From: a virus
Lineage: Duplodnaviria > Caudoviricetes
Virus record (IMG/VR): IMGVR_UViG_3300025889_000414
Coordinates: 1-35,549 of that record
Direction: 5' to 3' (one strand)
DNA length: 35,549 bases
Under the pieces are notes generated by a model that saw only the letters and a program-made list of their open reading frames with translations, searched no databases and was not told the DNA's origin. Numbering within the stretch: the first letter of the stretch is position 1; every line of letters starts with the position of its first letter. This document shows, piece after piece, positions 17,492 to 26,191 of this stretch. The translations under genes were made by a program, and so were the position numbers.

Positions 17492-18627
17492 TTACCCCCC
17501 CTCATAATTCGTTGCGCACCTGTCTTTTTATTTCTTTGTATTGTACCTTCTGGTACAGTTTGATTGTTTTTATCTTGATTTAAATCTGCATATTTTGCTT
17601 GCAACAACATAAGAGTATTAAGCGCCGCCATACGATCACCTTTTGATTTAAGTTGATTACCTAAATCAGCAGCCATCGTTTTATAAACTCCAACATCGTA
17701 ATTTGATTGCGGCCCTTCCATCCGTGGAACATTAGAAACCAGCCATCCAGACAATAATTTTAATTCTTCATTGGCCTGTGTACTTTCATCGCTTATATCA
17801 AGCGCCCCTTTAGTAGATGAAACAACAGCGCCGCCCAATCCACCAGTTGCTTTTGGCAATAAAATTTCAGCTTTTTGCAAAATATCAATGGTATTTTGTG
17901 CATTTTTTGATTTTTTAAGCAAATCGGCTGAAGCTGTGGCCTCTAATTCAGCAGCTTTATTTGCCGATGTGATTAAAGGCTCAGTTTTAAGCTGTTCTGC
18001 AAGCTTTGCTTCTTCCATTGCGGCCACCTTGGCAGCGGCATTTTCTGGAACATCGGCAGGAGCAAGCGTTTTGTCAATATTTCCAATGGGCTGGCCAGTG
18101 GTTCTATCGTACTGAATGATATTGCCGCCTACATCCATCGTTCCAATTATATTTTTATTCGTTCTGTCAAATATTGCCCTTTGCTCTGGCGTTGCGTTTT
18201 CATACCAAAGTGCCGTTTGAACATTGCTAGGGGCATCAGATCCTGTTTGACCCATTGCATACTTAACCAGCGGGGAGAAATCGCCCGTAATAGCTGCGCT
18301 TTGGGTAAGTAATTGATTGAGGTCCATTTTTCCATTAGGCCCAGTAATACCTTGCCCATACATTTCAGCCAATTTTGCAAGCGCATTTTCCTTTTGAATA
18401 TTGCGATCTAAAAGCGAATTTTCTTGTTCAATCGCTTTCGATCTTAGCGCATTTTGCTCAGCGTTTGTCTTTGCTGCATACAACTTCATGGCAAAATCAG
18501 GATTAGCCGCGAATACTTTATTCATATGTTCATCTTGTTTATTTGTCTGGTATTGTTGCGCAAATTCTGGGATTGCTTTCATAAGCAAGTTTCCAAAAGA
18601 CGGCCTTTGTTGCGGCAAAAAGGACAT
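17473..18627 (-). CDS. Ejection (DNA transfer) protein, P22 gp20-like position
   Basis: Helical Ala/Gln-rich; VPRMEGPQSNYD motif; synteny. Confidence 0.65.
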   Translation of the reverse strand: MSFLPQQRPSFGNLLMKAIPEFAQQYQTNKQDEHMNKVFAANPDFAMKLYAAKTNAEQNALRSKAIEQENSLLDRNIQKENALAKLAEMYGQGITGPNGKMDLNQLLTQSAAITGDFSPLVKYAMGQTGSDAPSNVQTALWYENATPEQRAIFDRTNKNIIGTMDVGGNIIQYDRTTGQPIGNIDKTLAPADVPENAAAKVAAMEEAKLAEQLKTEPLITSANKAAELEATASADLLKKSKNAQNTIDILQKAEILLPKATGGLGGAVVSSTKGALDISDESTQANEELKLLSGWLVSNVPRMEGPQSNYDVGVYKTMAADLGNQLKSKGDRMAALNTLMLLQAKYADLNQDKNNQTVPEGTIQRNKKTGAQRIMRGGKWEILP

Positions 18628-19460
18628 TAAAATACCCCTTGATACGGCCCCATTGGGCTTGAGCTAAACATAGAGCCGATACCTTGATTTAAACCCCCTA
18701 GACCAGAGCCTCCGAAAAAGCCAGCACCGCCGCTCATGCCTCCAGTGGCATATGCAAGGCCAAGTTTGCCGATAGGGCCATTCAAAAGCCCCATCAATCC
18801 ACCACCTGACTTGATCGTTCTTTCAGGAGAGCCAAAGTCCCCAAATGACGTAGGAATAGAATTTATGGCACCAAGACCAGCAGTTAGAGCTGTCATTGGG
18901 GCTTGGCGTGTCTGTGTATCTAGCCCTCGCTCAAATTGCCCTGCATTTAATAGGTTTCCAATATCCTGTTGTTTAAGTGCGGCCATTGGCCCAAGGATAT
19001 TTTGAACAGCCGTGTTATACTGGCCCTGACGAAAACGTCCAATATCATTAAGCCTTGTTCTTTCAACATCAGAAGTGCCTAAAAACCCACGATTTGATCC
19101 CTGCTGTCCGGCTCTGGTGGCATATTGATTTACAAGTGAGTTTTGGCCTGTCGCTTCCCGGTTAATGTCATTAATCACAAATTCATCAAATGGGTTCATC
19201 AACATCGACAAATCCCGGCGCAAAGATTCCTCGGTAGGCGCTAGTCCTTGCCGCGAAAGATCAAATGCGCGTGTTTCATCCGCCGTTTGGGGAAGCGGCG
19301 TGAACATCTCTGTATTTAATTGACCACCGGGAAGGAGTGTAGATGATACGTTTTTAAGAAGACCGTCATATAAATCTCGGTATTCCTGCGGCATAGCATA
19401 ATAGCCAGATGCAGGAACTTTAGTTTTTTGTTTTCCAGTTAAACTTGAAAAAAAACCCAC
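18627..19460 (-). CDS. Ejection (DNA transfer) protein, P22 gp7-like position
   Basis: GTG start after GAGG; MGFFSSL N-terminus; MNPF; Gly-rich C-terminus. Confidence 0.65.
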   Translation of the reverse strand: MGFFSSLTGKQKTKVPASGYYAMPQEYRDLYDGLLKNVSSTLLPGGQLNTEMFTPLPQTADETRAFDLSRQGLAPTEESLRRDLSMLMNPFDEFVINDINREATGQNSLVNQYATRAGQQGSNRGFLGTSDVERTRLNDIGRFRQGQYNTAVQNILGPMAALKQQDIGNLLNAGQFERGLDTQTRQAPMTALTAGLGAINSIPTSFGDFGSPERTIKSGGGLMGLLNGPIGKLGLAYATGGMSGGAGFFGGSGLGGLNQGIGSMFSSSPMGPYQGVF

Positions 19461-19506
19461 GAAACGCCTCTCACTAAAACCCACTTAAGGGAAATGGTGG
19501 CGTCTC
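19461..19506 (-). promoter_or_regulatory. Hairpin overlapping the RBS of the first ejection gene
   Basis: mRNA GAGACGCC (19506-19499) pairs with GGCGTTTC (19468-19461); inner CCATTT/AAGTGG stem. Confidence 0.5.
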
Positions 19507-19530
19507 CTCTGCAAACATAATGAACCAATT

Positions 19531-19815
19531 TTAAAAACTTTGCAACTGAACTCTGAGCCATTGAGTGCCGACAAGAGCATATAGGTATATGGTCCCCAAT
19601 CCGTCATCAGCCATATTAAAATCCATATCCTTATCACCGTCGATCACATCGGCGGATGATGATGGAACGCGCCCAACCCTGCGCCCCCGCATAAAAATAT
19701 TGGGTAAATTAGTGAAATCAGCGACATCTTCCCGGCGTGTGCGCGTTATTTCCTCAAGCGCCGCGCTTGCATCTTCCAATGTGACAATATGACGATTTGT
19801 ATATAACGCCTTCAT
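19531..19815 (-). CDS. Hypothetical tail-associated protein
   Basis: ATGA-coupled to the tail hub gene. Confidence 0.6.
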   Translation of the reverse strand: MKALYTNRHIVTLEDASAALEEITRTRREDVADFTNLPNIFMRGRRVGRVPSSSADVIDGDKDMDFNMADDGLGTIYLYALVGTQWLRVQLQSF

Positions 19816-21872
19816 GGTGCCGTTGCGCCTTCTTGTATTTCCTCAATCCAGCAACCTAAAGACCATTCCTGATCTATTTCCTCGCCGGACCATGTATATT
19901 GCCAAAAACGACCCGTATTCGTATATGGGATACGCTCTTGAGTTGCCGTAACATTGCGGCTTTCATTCGATCTTTGCGCCGTGGATTGTGGATAAGCATA
20001 CCCCACAGCGTCAAATTGAATGGTTCCAACCTGCACGGAATCAGGAATAATTCCATTAAGATTTATATATTTCTTTTCCCCAAATCTCTTATTGCTTGTG
20101 ACGCTCCATGGCATCGCCGCGCCATCAGCATTCCATCCATATTCATGATTATATAAAACATCAGTATCAATCAGGCGCGGATTTTTAAGCTTCATATTCG
20201 GATATTCAGCACAAGTCCTATTAAATTCATCAATAGACCAAGAATAATCAGCCAAACATACCCTTATAACCCGGTCAGGCTCATTCGAGCTTGCTTGCGG
20301 GTAATGAAACCATATTTCATTAAATTCTTTGTTATACCATGCAAAAATCTTTGATTTTTGGCCATAATTAAGGTTATCAAATACATATTCAAGCGCCGTG
20401 CATTGGGGAACATTGGGATTATTCGAGGGGATAATCTCAACAATCCCGCCTCCCCTGTACATATAAAAATTCTCTTGCCCCATCCAGTAGGCAACGCCAT
20501 TGACAGACACCCTAGCCATCGGTGCAATCAATCCTATTTCCTCATCAATAGGCAATATCTCCCATACCAATGGAAGGCCGATATATCTGAATTTATAGGT
20601 TTTAAATTCTGTGAAAATAAGATTGTAATTCTCGACTGGAACATGAGAAATAAGCCTTCCGGCCCCTTCCACATTATCCTCGAAAACCTGATTTGTGGAC
20701 GATGAAACCCACATTTCTATATCGTTCTGATCCGATGCAAAAATTTTGTTTTCAACAGCCCCGGCCCCAAAAGTCACCAAAATGTTATCTGAAACAAAGG
20801 CATAATTTATAGTTGTCGGCGCATTGGTTATTATTGAAGGTGCAGTCTGGGTATTCCCATCCCATTGGTAAACAGCCCCCTGATTGCCCGGTGTCATAAT
20901 GAACGTATCGGCGTATCTATCAAAGAACCAGACGCGGGGATATGCACGCGCCAACGACGACACAAGCGCAGTTCCGTATAATCCTGCCCCATACAATCCA
21001 GCCCCATAACCTTGAGCCGCAGATTCATTTACTGGCCCTTCGCCAATTTCCTGATAGTATGCCGTTGCTGCACCGCCGCCAGCCGCAACCGATGATGTGG
21101 CCGTGCCAGTCGTCATAACATCAAAGGAATTTACTGCAACATTTCTTATAATAAATTCCTGATTAATTTCAGCCGCCAAAATGCCGCCTGTGTTAGCGGC
21201 TCCTGTAATGCTTACTCTTGCCCCATCAGATTGACCATGCGCCGCATCGTTCACAGTCAACAGGCCTGAAGTTCTAACAACTGCCGCGCCGCCACCAGCA
21301 TCATCAGAAGATGCAATTGTTGTCACCCTTACAGAAAAGCCAGAGCTTGGAACGATTGTTCTTACAAGATGAGTTCCATTAATTTCTGTATCAGGAATAC
21401 CCCCAACAGCCCCAACTGCACCGGAAATTGTTACTTCATCTCCGGGCTGTAAATCATCAGCCGCAGCATCGGCAAAGAATAAATAATCAAGACCGTTCAC
21501 GGTTAAAACTGGGTCATTTACAAGCGTGTCGTAGTGCGTATCAAGAGAATTGGCAACAGCTATAGAAACCGTTTGAAAGGGTGAAATATTTGTAAGTGTC
21601 GATCCAATCAATGAGTAAAGTTTGGAGTTTGTACCGATTAAAGTATATAATTTTCCATTGATCCAATCGGATGTTATCGACCGGGCAACACCTGCTATTT
21701 CGGCCCCATAATCAAATACAGTGGAAATCCATCCCTTTAATTTTTCAGGAAATCCATTCCTAAATCGAACATGATATGTATGGGTGAAATGAGACGTGCA
21801 AAAGGCCGTTTCGTCAGTGGAAGGCTGAACACCTCCAAGCACCTCTATCTTTCGATATATCGTATCCTTCAT
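19812..21872 (-). CDS. Tail hub/nozzle (P22 gp10 / T7 gp12-like) protein
   Basis: VRFRNGFPEKLKGW, EIWFHYP, beta-propeller-like composition; position between fibre and ejection genes. Confidence 0.75.
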   Translation of the reverse strand: MKDTIYRKIEVLGGVQPSTDETAFCTSHFTHTYHVRFRNGFPEKLKGWISTVFDYGAEIAGVARSITSDWINGKLYTLIGTNSKLYSLIGSTLTNISPFQTVSIAVANSLDTHYDTLVNDPVLTVNGLDYLFFADAAADDLQPGDEVTISGAVGAVGGIPDTEINGTHLVRTIVPSSGFSVRVTTIASSDDAGGGAAVVRTSGLLTVNDAAHGQSDGARVSITGAANTGGILAAEINQEFIIRNVAVNSFDVMTTGTATSSVAAGGGAATAYYQEIGEGPVNESAAQGYGAGLYGAGLYGTALVSSLARAYPRVWFFDRYADTFIMTPGNQGAVYQWDGNTQTAPSIITNAPTTINYAFVSDNILVTFGAGAVENKIFASDQNDIEMWVSSSTNQVFEDNVEGAGRLISHVPVENYNLIFTEFKTYKFRYIGLPLVWEILPIDEEIGLIAPMARVSVNGVAYWMGQENFYMYRGGGIVEIIPSNNPNVPQCTALEYVFDNLNYGQKSKIFAWYNKEFNEIWFHYPQASSNEPDRVIRVCLADYSWSIDEFNRTCAEYPNMKLKNPRLIDTDVLYNHEYGWNADGAAMPWSVTSNKRFGEKKYINLNGIIPDSVQVGTIQFDAVGYAYPQSTAQRSNESRNVTATQERIPYTNTGRFWQYTWSGEEIDQEWSLGCWIEEIQEGATAP

Positions 21873-22772
21873 TTAAATCTGCCATATCTGAACATCTGCA
21901 TAAATGCTATTTGCCCATGAATTTGAAATACCAAAGCCAGCAGTTGCGGCAGTTGTCTGGCATCTATGCTGCAACTCAAGAACTTTTACGCCAGCTAACG
22001 TAAATCTTCCAAGAACGAATGATCTGCAATTTCCTGAATATGTTTGTTGAGAATATTCATTGGTTCCTAAAATAATCTCTGAAGCATCTGTAATATTGTA
22101 AAGTCTGCACTGGTGGCCATCGCATTGATACGCAGGAGCTGACGCAACTATCTCATAATCACCAGCCGGAAGCGTAATTTGATTTGATGCAAGTGAAGCA
22201 CCTGAAATGGTATTTGTGCGCGTTGTATTTAAATCCCTCGTTCTCCACGCCCCGCTTGTAAATGTTCCACCACTAGTAGCCACGGCCTTTTGATCTACAA
22301 TGTGCAAATATCCTTCAGTCGTAACCCCTGTTAGAGAATTCGCACCAACCCTCGGCGTTATTTGAAAATTAGTTCCATCAGATGTAAAAGCGGAAGATTG
22401 ATATTGATCCGAAAGCACAAAATTTGCAGCGCCATCGACAGTTTCAGCCGCATTCCCATCAATAGTCACCGTATTAGACGATGAATCTATCTTTTTGACA
22501 GTCACCTTGTATCCAGATGCAACGGTTGCCGCCGCAGGAAGAGTTATTGTCTTGTTTCCTCCAGATGCATCTACAAGAACAAGTTTATTTCTGTATGTTT
22601 CATCAAGTACGGTATTTGCCGCAACCGATGCCGTTACTTCGTCAATACCGATCTTTAAAAGAGCGTCGATATCATCAAGGTCATCATTCAGCATCCCTCC
22701 CCATAAATCTTGATCGGAAGGGTCAGCGACACCGGGCTTTATAAGATCATAATTTGCGGTAAGCGTACTCAT
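21873..22772 (-). CDS. Short tail fibre / fibre anchor
   Basis: N-terminal LIKPGV..DLWGGMLN tail-attachment-like motif; TITLP..SDGTNF domain; GTFTSGAWRTRDLNT C-terminal domain. Confidence 0.75.
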   Translation of the reverse strand: MSTLTANYDLIKPGVADPSDQDLWGGMLNDDLDDIDALLKIGIDEVTASVAANTVLDETYRNKLVLVDASGGNKTITLPAAATVASGYKVTVKKIDSSSNTVTIDGNAAETVDGAANFVLSDQYQSSAFTSDGTNFQITPRVGANSLTGVTTEGYLHIVDQKAVATSGGTFTSGAWRTRDLNTTRTNTISGASLASNQITLPAGDYEIVASAPAYQCDGHQCRLYNITDASEIILGTNEYSQQTYSGNCRSFVLGRFTLAGVKVLELQHRCQTTAATAGFGISNSWANSIYADVQIWQI

Positions 22773-23452
22773 TTTTTCCTCGAATGTGACCAAAAATTAT
22801 CTTCAAAATATTCTAAAGCTTCCATAAATCCTTTGCCGTGATGATATTTGGCCTTGGCCTGTAAATATTCATCCTCGGCCTCTCCCATATATCCGTTCAC
22901 TTCTGCCTTCTTTTTGGCTAAAGTATCGGCAATAGGCGGCGGGTCTTGAAGCCCATAAATCCATGGAAAAGAGAGGAGTTCGCATCCATCAGGGACTGTA
23001 ATTTTAATTCCTTTAGCCCTAGCCCATCCCAAAAGATATGAAATTGAAGGCTTTTGATGTCCATATTCTGAACTTGAAGCCATAGACACTCCATAAATTC
23101 CAATCTCTTCCGGGTTTTCCATTATAGCTTCTGCAATCATCCATGAAATAGAAGATGTGAAATAAGGGCCAAACATATCAATGTGCTTTTGATAATCCAT
23201 AACATTCCCATTAGGAAATGTGGTTTGAAGAGTTGGATGAATAAAAATATTCTGATCCTTCATCCATTTTAATTTTGCACCAGCCGTTTTAATTTCATCA
23301 TTGAAAATCTTCTGAACACGAATGGCAGAATGGACCTCATACAGGCGATCAAGTTTAATGCCAGTATTCCACAAACCCGGAATGCCCCACTTTTGAAAAT
23401 CAGTCGGCGCATGATCCCATGTTGGACCCGTTCCTATGATTGCAATTTTCAT
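22769..23452 (-). CDS. Glycosyltransferase-like (GT29/GT42/Maf-DUF115-like fold) protein
   Basis: KIAIIGTGPT N-terminus and TSSISWMIAEAI..PEEIGIYGVSM motif. Confidence 0.5.
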   Translation of the reverse strand: MKIAIIGTGPTWDHAPTDFQKWGIPGLWNTGIKLDRLYEVHSAIRVQKIFNDEIKTAGAKLKWMKDQNIFIHPTLQTTFPNGNVMDYQKHIDMFGPYFTSSISWMIAEAIMENPEEIGIYGVSMASSSEYGHQKPSISYLLGWARAKGIKITVPDGCELLSFPWIYGLQDPPPIADTLAKKKAEVNGYMGEAEDEYLQAKAKYHHGKGFMEALEYFEDNFWSHSRKK

Positions 23453-23706
23453 CTCAAAATAACATAATTATAAATTGACGTATCGCCAGCAGCGGCCTTG
23501 ATAGAAAATCCAGACCCAGCAGTAACCGCTGAAAGATACGGCGCTCCGGCTGGCGTGCCACCAACTGTTTTAAGCGTAAATACAATCACAGAGTTTGCAG
23601 TAACAAGCTTATTCGTCACCGCAACTGCGCTCGTGCCGTTTGCCGTTACCGTCCCGCTTCGCCCCTGAAAGATGCGAAACATACCGCCTAGTGTTTCGTT
23701 CGCCAT
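23449..23706 (-). CDS. Small beta-rich virion protein
   Basis: GGAG RBS; Thr/Ala/Gly/Val-rich beta pattern. Confidence 0.6.
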   Translation of the reverse strand: MANETLGGMFRIFQGRSGTVTANGTSAVAVTNKLVTANSVIVFTLKTVGGTPAGAPYLSAVTAGSGFSIKAAAGDTSIYNYVILR

Positions 23707-23716
23707 ATTATCTCTC

Positions 23717-24352
23717 CTATATTAATGTTGAACTGATTAACAACGATCCCGTGGCATTTGACTTGTTCGTCATGACACGCAGATTTCTATATTCATCATT
23801 GGCAGCTTCTCGGTAATAAGCTTCCATTTTATCGTCCTGCAAAAGCTCGGCGCTTAAATTGGCCAGCGTCCAAAGCATAATCAGCCTGTCAGCATAAATC
23901 GTAAAATCATTTTCATCATCGGCATCCGACAAATCACCGTATTCAATCAAATAATAACAATTGATTTGATATGCCTGATCTGGAATTGGATATACATTGT
24001 AAGATGTTGCAAGCCTTGAATACCAAGCCGGAAGTCCATACCCATTTTGCAACCAAAGACCATCATAAACCGCCGCAGTTACCTTCTTCAAAACATAGCG
24101 CATATCACCATATTGAATTTCAAATCCCCCATTTTCCTTTGATGGAACAAGAAAGTCAGTTGGAAGGGGAATAAGCGCATTTTGCGCCGTCATAGTTTGA
24201 GATTGGAACCCCTCATTGAACCAAAAACGACGAAACTTCCAATATTTTATAGATGCATTAATTGCATCCTGAACCTCAGAGGCAGATACAGCCACGTTCC
24301 CGCTATCGAGGAGACGCCTTGAAACATTAGACTGTATCTGCCCGAAGTTCAT
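23717..24352 (-). CDS. Head-tail adaptor (P22 gp4 / T7 gp11-like)
   Basis: DAINASI..WKFRRFWFNE, LPTDF, YPIPDQAY motifs; position after capsid genes. Confidence 0.7.
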   Translation of the reverse strand: MNFGQIQSNVSRRLLDSGNVAVSASEVQDAINASIKYWKFRRFWFNEGFQSQTMTAQNALIPLPTDFLVPSKENGGFEIQYGDMRYVLKKVTAAVYDGLWLQNGYGLPAWYSRLATSYNVYPIPDQAYQINCYYLIEYGDLSDADDENDFTIYADRLIMLWTLANLSAELLQDDKMEAYYREAANDEYRNLRVMTNKSNATGSLLISSTLI

Positions 24353-24353
24353 A

Positions 24354-24839
24354 TTAGTTGTCCGCTAAAACTCCAGTAGTGGAATCATAGCATCCTACGA
24401 TCTGATTGTAGATCGTTCCGGCAGTTGTGACAGGGCCACCAGCCAATGCGATCTGAATCCATCCGTCATCTTCTGCAACCCAATACAAGCCCTCTTCCTC
24501 GTCAAAGGAAATAAAGCCAGCGGTTTGAGCAGAAACAGCCGAAGCGAACGCATCAGGATCGTCAGTGAAAGATGAGCCAGTTTTATACACATAACCAATG
24601 TTCAGCGTTGTATTAGCTGCTGTATCAAGGTCAGTTGTATAAATCTTCGTTCCACCCATTGAAAGCCTAAACCCTCTTTGGAATGGAACCACGCCATAAG
24701 TCGTGCCAGCCGTTGCGTTATCTGCAACGGTAACAGGACGATATTGCATGCGCAAACATCCGTCTTTGTCAACTTTTGCCTTCAGATAGTCCTTATAGGT
24801 GCCATCAAAGCCAGTCGGTAGATAAGTAGGTGTAGTCAT
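24354..24839 (-). CDS. Putative capsid decoration/minor capsid protein
   Basis: Directly after MCP; DLDT...TLNIG..DDPDAF beta-sandwich pattern; AAGGAG RBS. Confidence 0.6.
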   Translation of the reverse strand: MTTPTYLPTGFDGTYKDYLKAKVDKDGCLRMQYRPVTVADNATAGTTYGVVPFQRGFRLSMGGTKIYTTDLDTAANTTLNIGYVYKTGSSFTDDPDAFASAVSAQTAGFISFDEEEGLYWVAEDDGWIQIALAGGPVTTAGTIYNQIVGCYDSTTGVLADN

Positions 24840-24851
24840 GTTTTTCTCTCC

Positions 24852-25970
24852 TTAGCTATGAGCTGCTGCATAAGTTGAAATGACCATAACGCCAATGTCT
24901 TCAGAGTTTGAAGCAACAGTCTTTTTCAAACCGTAAATCAAACGTCCTTCCAAACCTTTGAAGTAGTCATAGTCTTTCAATTGGCTGAAATACTTCAACG
25001 GCGACTTTTCGTCAGGTCGTCCAAATGGCGATGCATAGGTCAACGCATCCTTTCCAACAAGCACAGCACGGCGAACCGTGGTAATAACTGCGGACGTATC
25101 AGAACGCTGGCCGTATGCAACGCGAGGAGCTACATAAATGTTGACGTTCGAATAAATGCCAGCTTTTGGCATCGTATCGAACATGTTCGTTTCAAGCTCA
25201 TTGCTCTTGCCTCCGGTGATTTTCGCCAGTTCAATATTGAACCATTGAATCTTCCCGGTCGTGTCCTGCTTAAGGTCTACATATTGCTCAGGCGAGATAT
25301 AAAGATCGAATGTGTCATCAGCCAATCGTTTAATGGGCTGATCCGATGTGTCGATCTTCTCTAGCGCATAATCAATAATATCAAGCGTCATCTTATCAGA
25401 TGAAGTTAATGCCTGATCCGTAGCAGCAGCATTAGCGCGAATGATACGATTTGTTGAAGGTGCTACAGGCGTATTATGCCCTTGCACAAACAGCTTATTC
25501 GTACCGCTCCACGTAGTGCCATTTTGCGTGTAGGATGTAGGATTAAACCCGGCAAGTTGATTGAAAACAGAAGCGTCGATCAATTCCATGTGGCGCTGCG
25601 GAATAATTTTCCGTGTGCGCTCAGGGAATGCAACCATCGTCCTTTGTTGTTCAATCGTATCGTCATTAGGATTGAGAACACCGATACGGGTAATGTTGAT
25701 AGCCATGGTAAAATAGCCAAGATCGAGAGCCTCTTCATTGCCATCGAGCGTGCCGCCTTCACCAATGGGAATCCCCGTTAGTTTTCCGGTGTAATCGTAA
25801 GTAATTTGGTCGCCTCTGGCCCGTTGCCCTTCAAGCTCCTCTGCATAAAATACAGAACCTCTTGAAAACATATGGCCAAATGCAACACGTTGACCGGGAT
25901 TTACCCAGTCTTCCGTTCCCCACAGTTTAACTGCAAGGGAATTGCTTGTAAGCATACCTGTGCTAGACAT
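24852..25970 (-). CDS. Major capsid protein, N4-gp56/DUF4043 type
   Basis: AVKLW, RGDQITY, LDGNEEAL, YISPEQYVDLK, GLKKT, DIGVMVISTY motifs; position after scaffold. Confidence 0.85.
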   Translation of the reverse strand: MSSTGMLTSNSLAVKLWGTEDWVNPGQRVAFGHMFSRGSVFYAEELEGQRARGDQITYDYTGKLTGIPIGEGGTLDGNEEALDLGYFTMAINITRIGVLNPNDDTIEQQRTMVAFPERTRKIIPQRHMELIDASVFNQLAGFNPTSYTQNGTTWSGTNKLFVQGHNTPVAPSTNRIIRANAAATDQALTSSDKMTLDIIDYALEKIDTSDQPIKRLADDTFDLYISPEQYVDLKQDTTGKIQWFNIELAKITGGKSNELETNMFDTMPKAGIYSNVNIYVAPRVAYGQRSDTSAVITTVRRAVLVGKDALTYASPFGRPDEKSPLKYFSQLKDYDYFKGLEGRLIYGLKKTVASNSEDIGVMVISTYAAAHS

Positions 25971-26156
25971 GATTGTCCTTTACCGTTTAATGGTTGAAAA
26001 AAAATTATCCAACGACTGCGGCAAGGATATTTAAAGAGGTCTTGACCCTCCTCCCCGTGACGTGGGTGAGCCGTTTTGCAGACGGGGAAGACGATTCCCG
26101 ACGAGGGTTTTAAAGCTATTCCCTAAAGCCTCTACGAAAAGGAGTAGGTGTCCTTG
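25971..26156 (-). promoter_or_regulatory. Multi-stem structured 5' UTR of the MCP gene
   Basis: Four nested complementary pairs: 26151-56/26022-27, 26129-33/26035-39, 26103-08/26045-50, 26082-89/26051-58. Confidence 0.55.
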
Positions 26157-26162
26157 TGCGGG

Positions 26163-26191
26163 ATTATGACACAACTAAAAAAGCAAATCAA
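26163..26191 (-). promoter_or_regulatory. sigma70-type promoter for MCP
   Basis: TTGATT-N17-CATAAT with TGn extended -10 on the minus strand. Confidence 0.65.
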
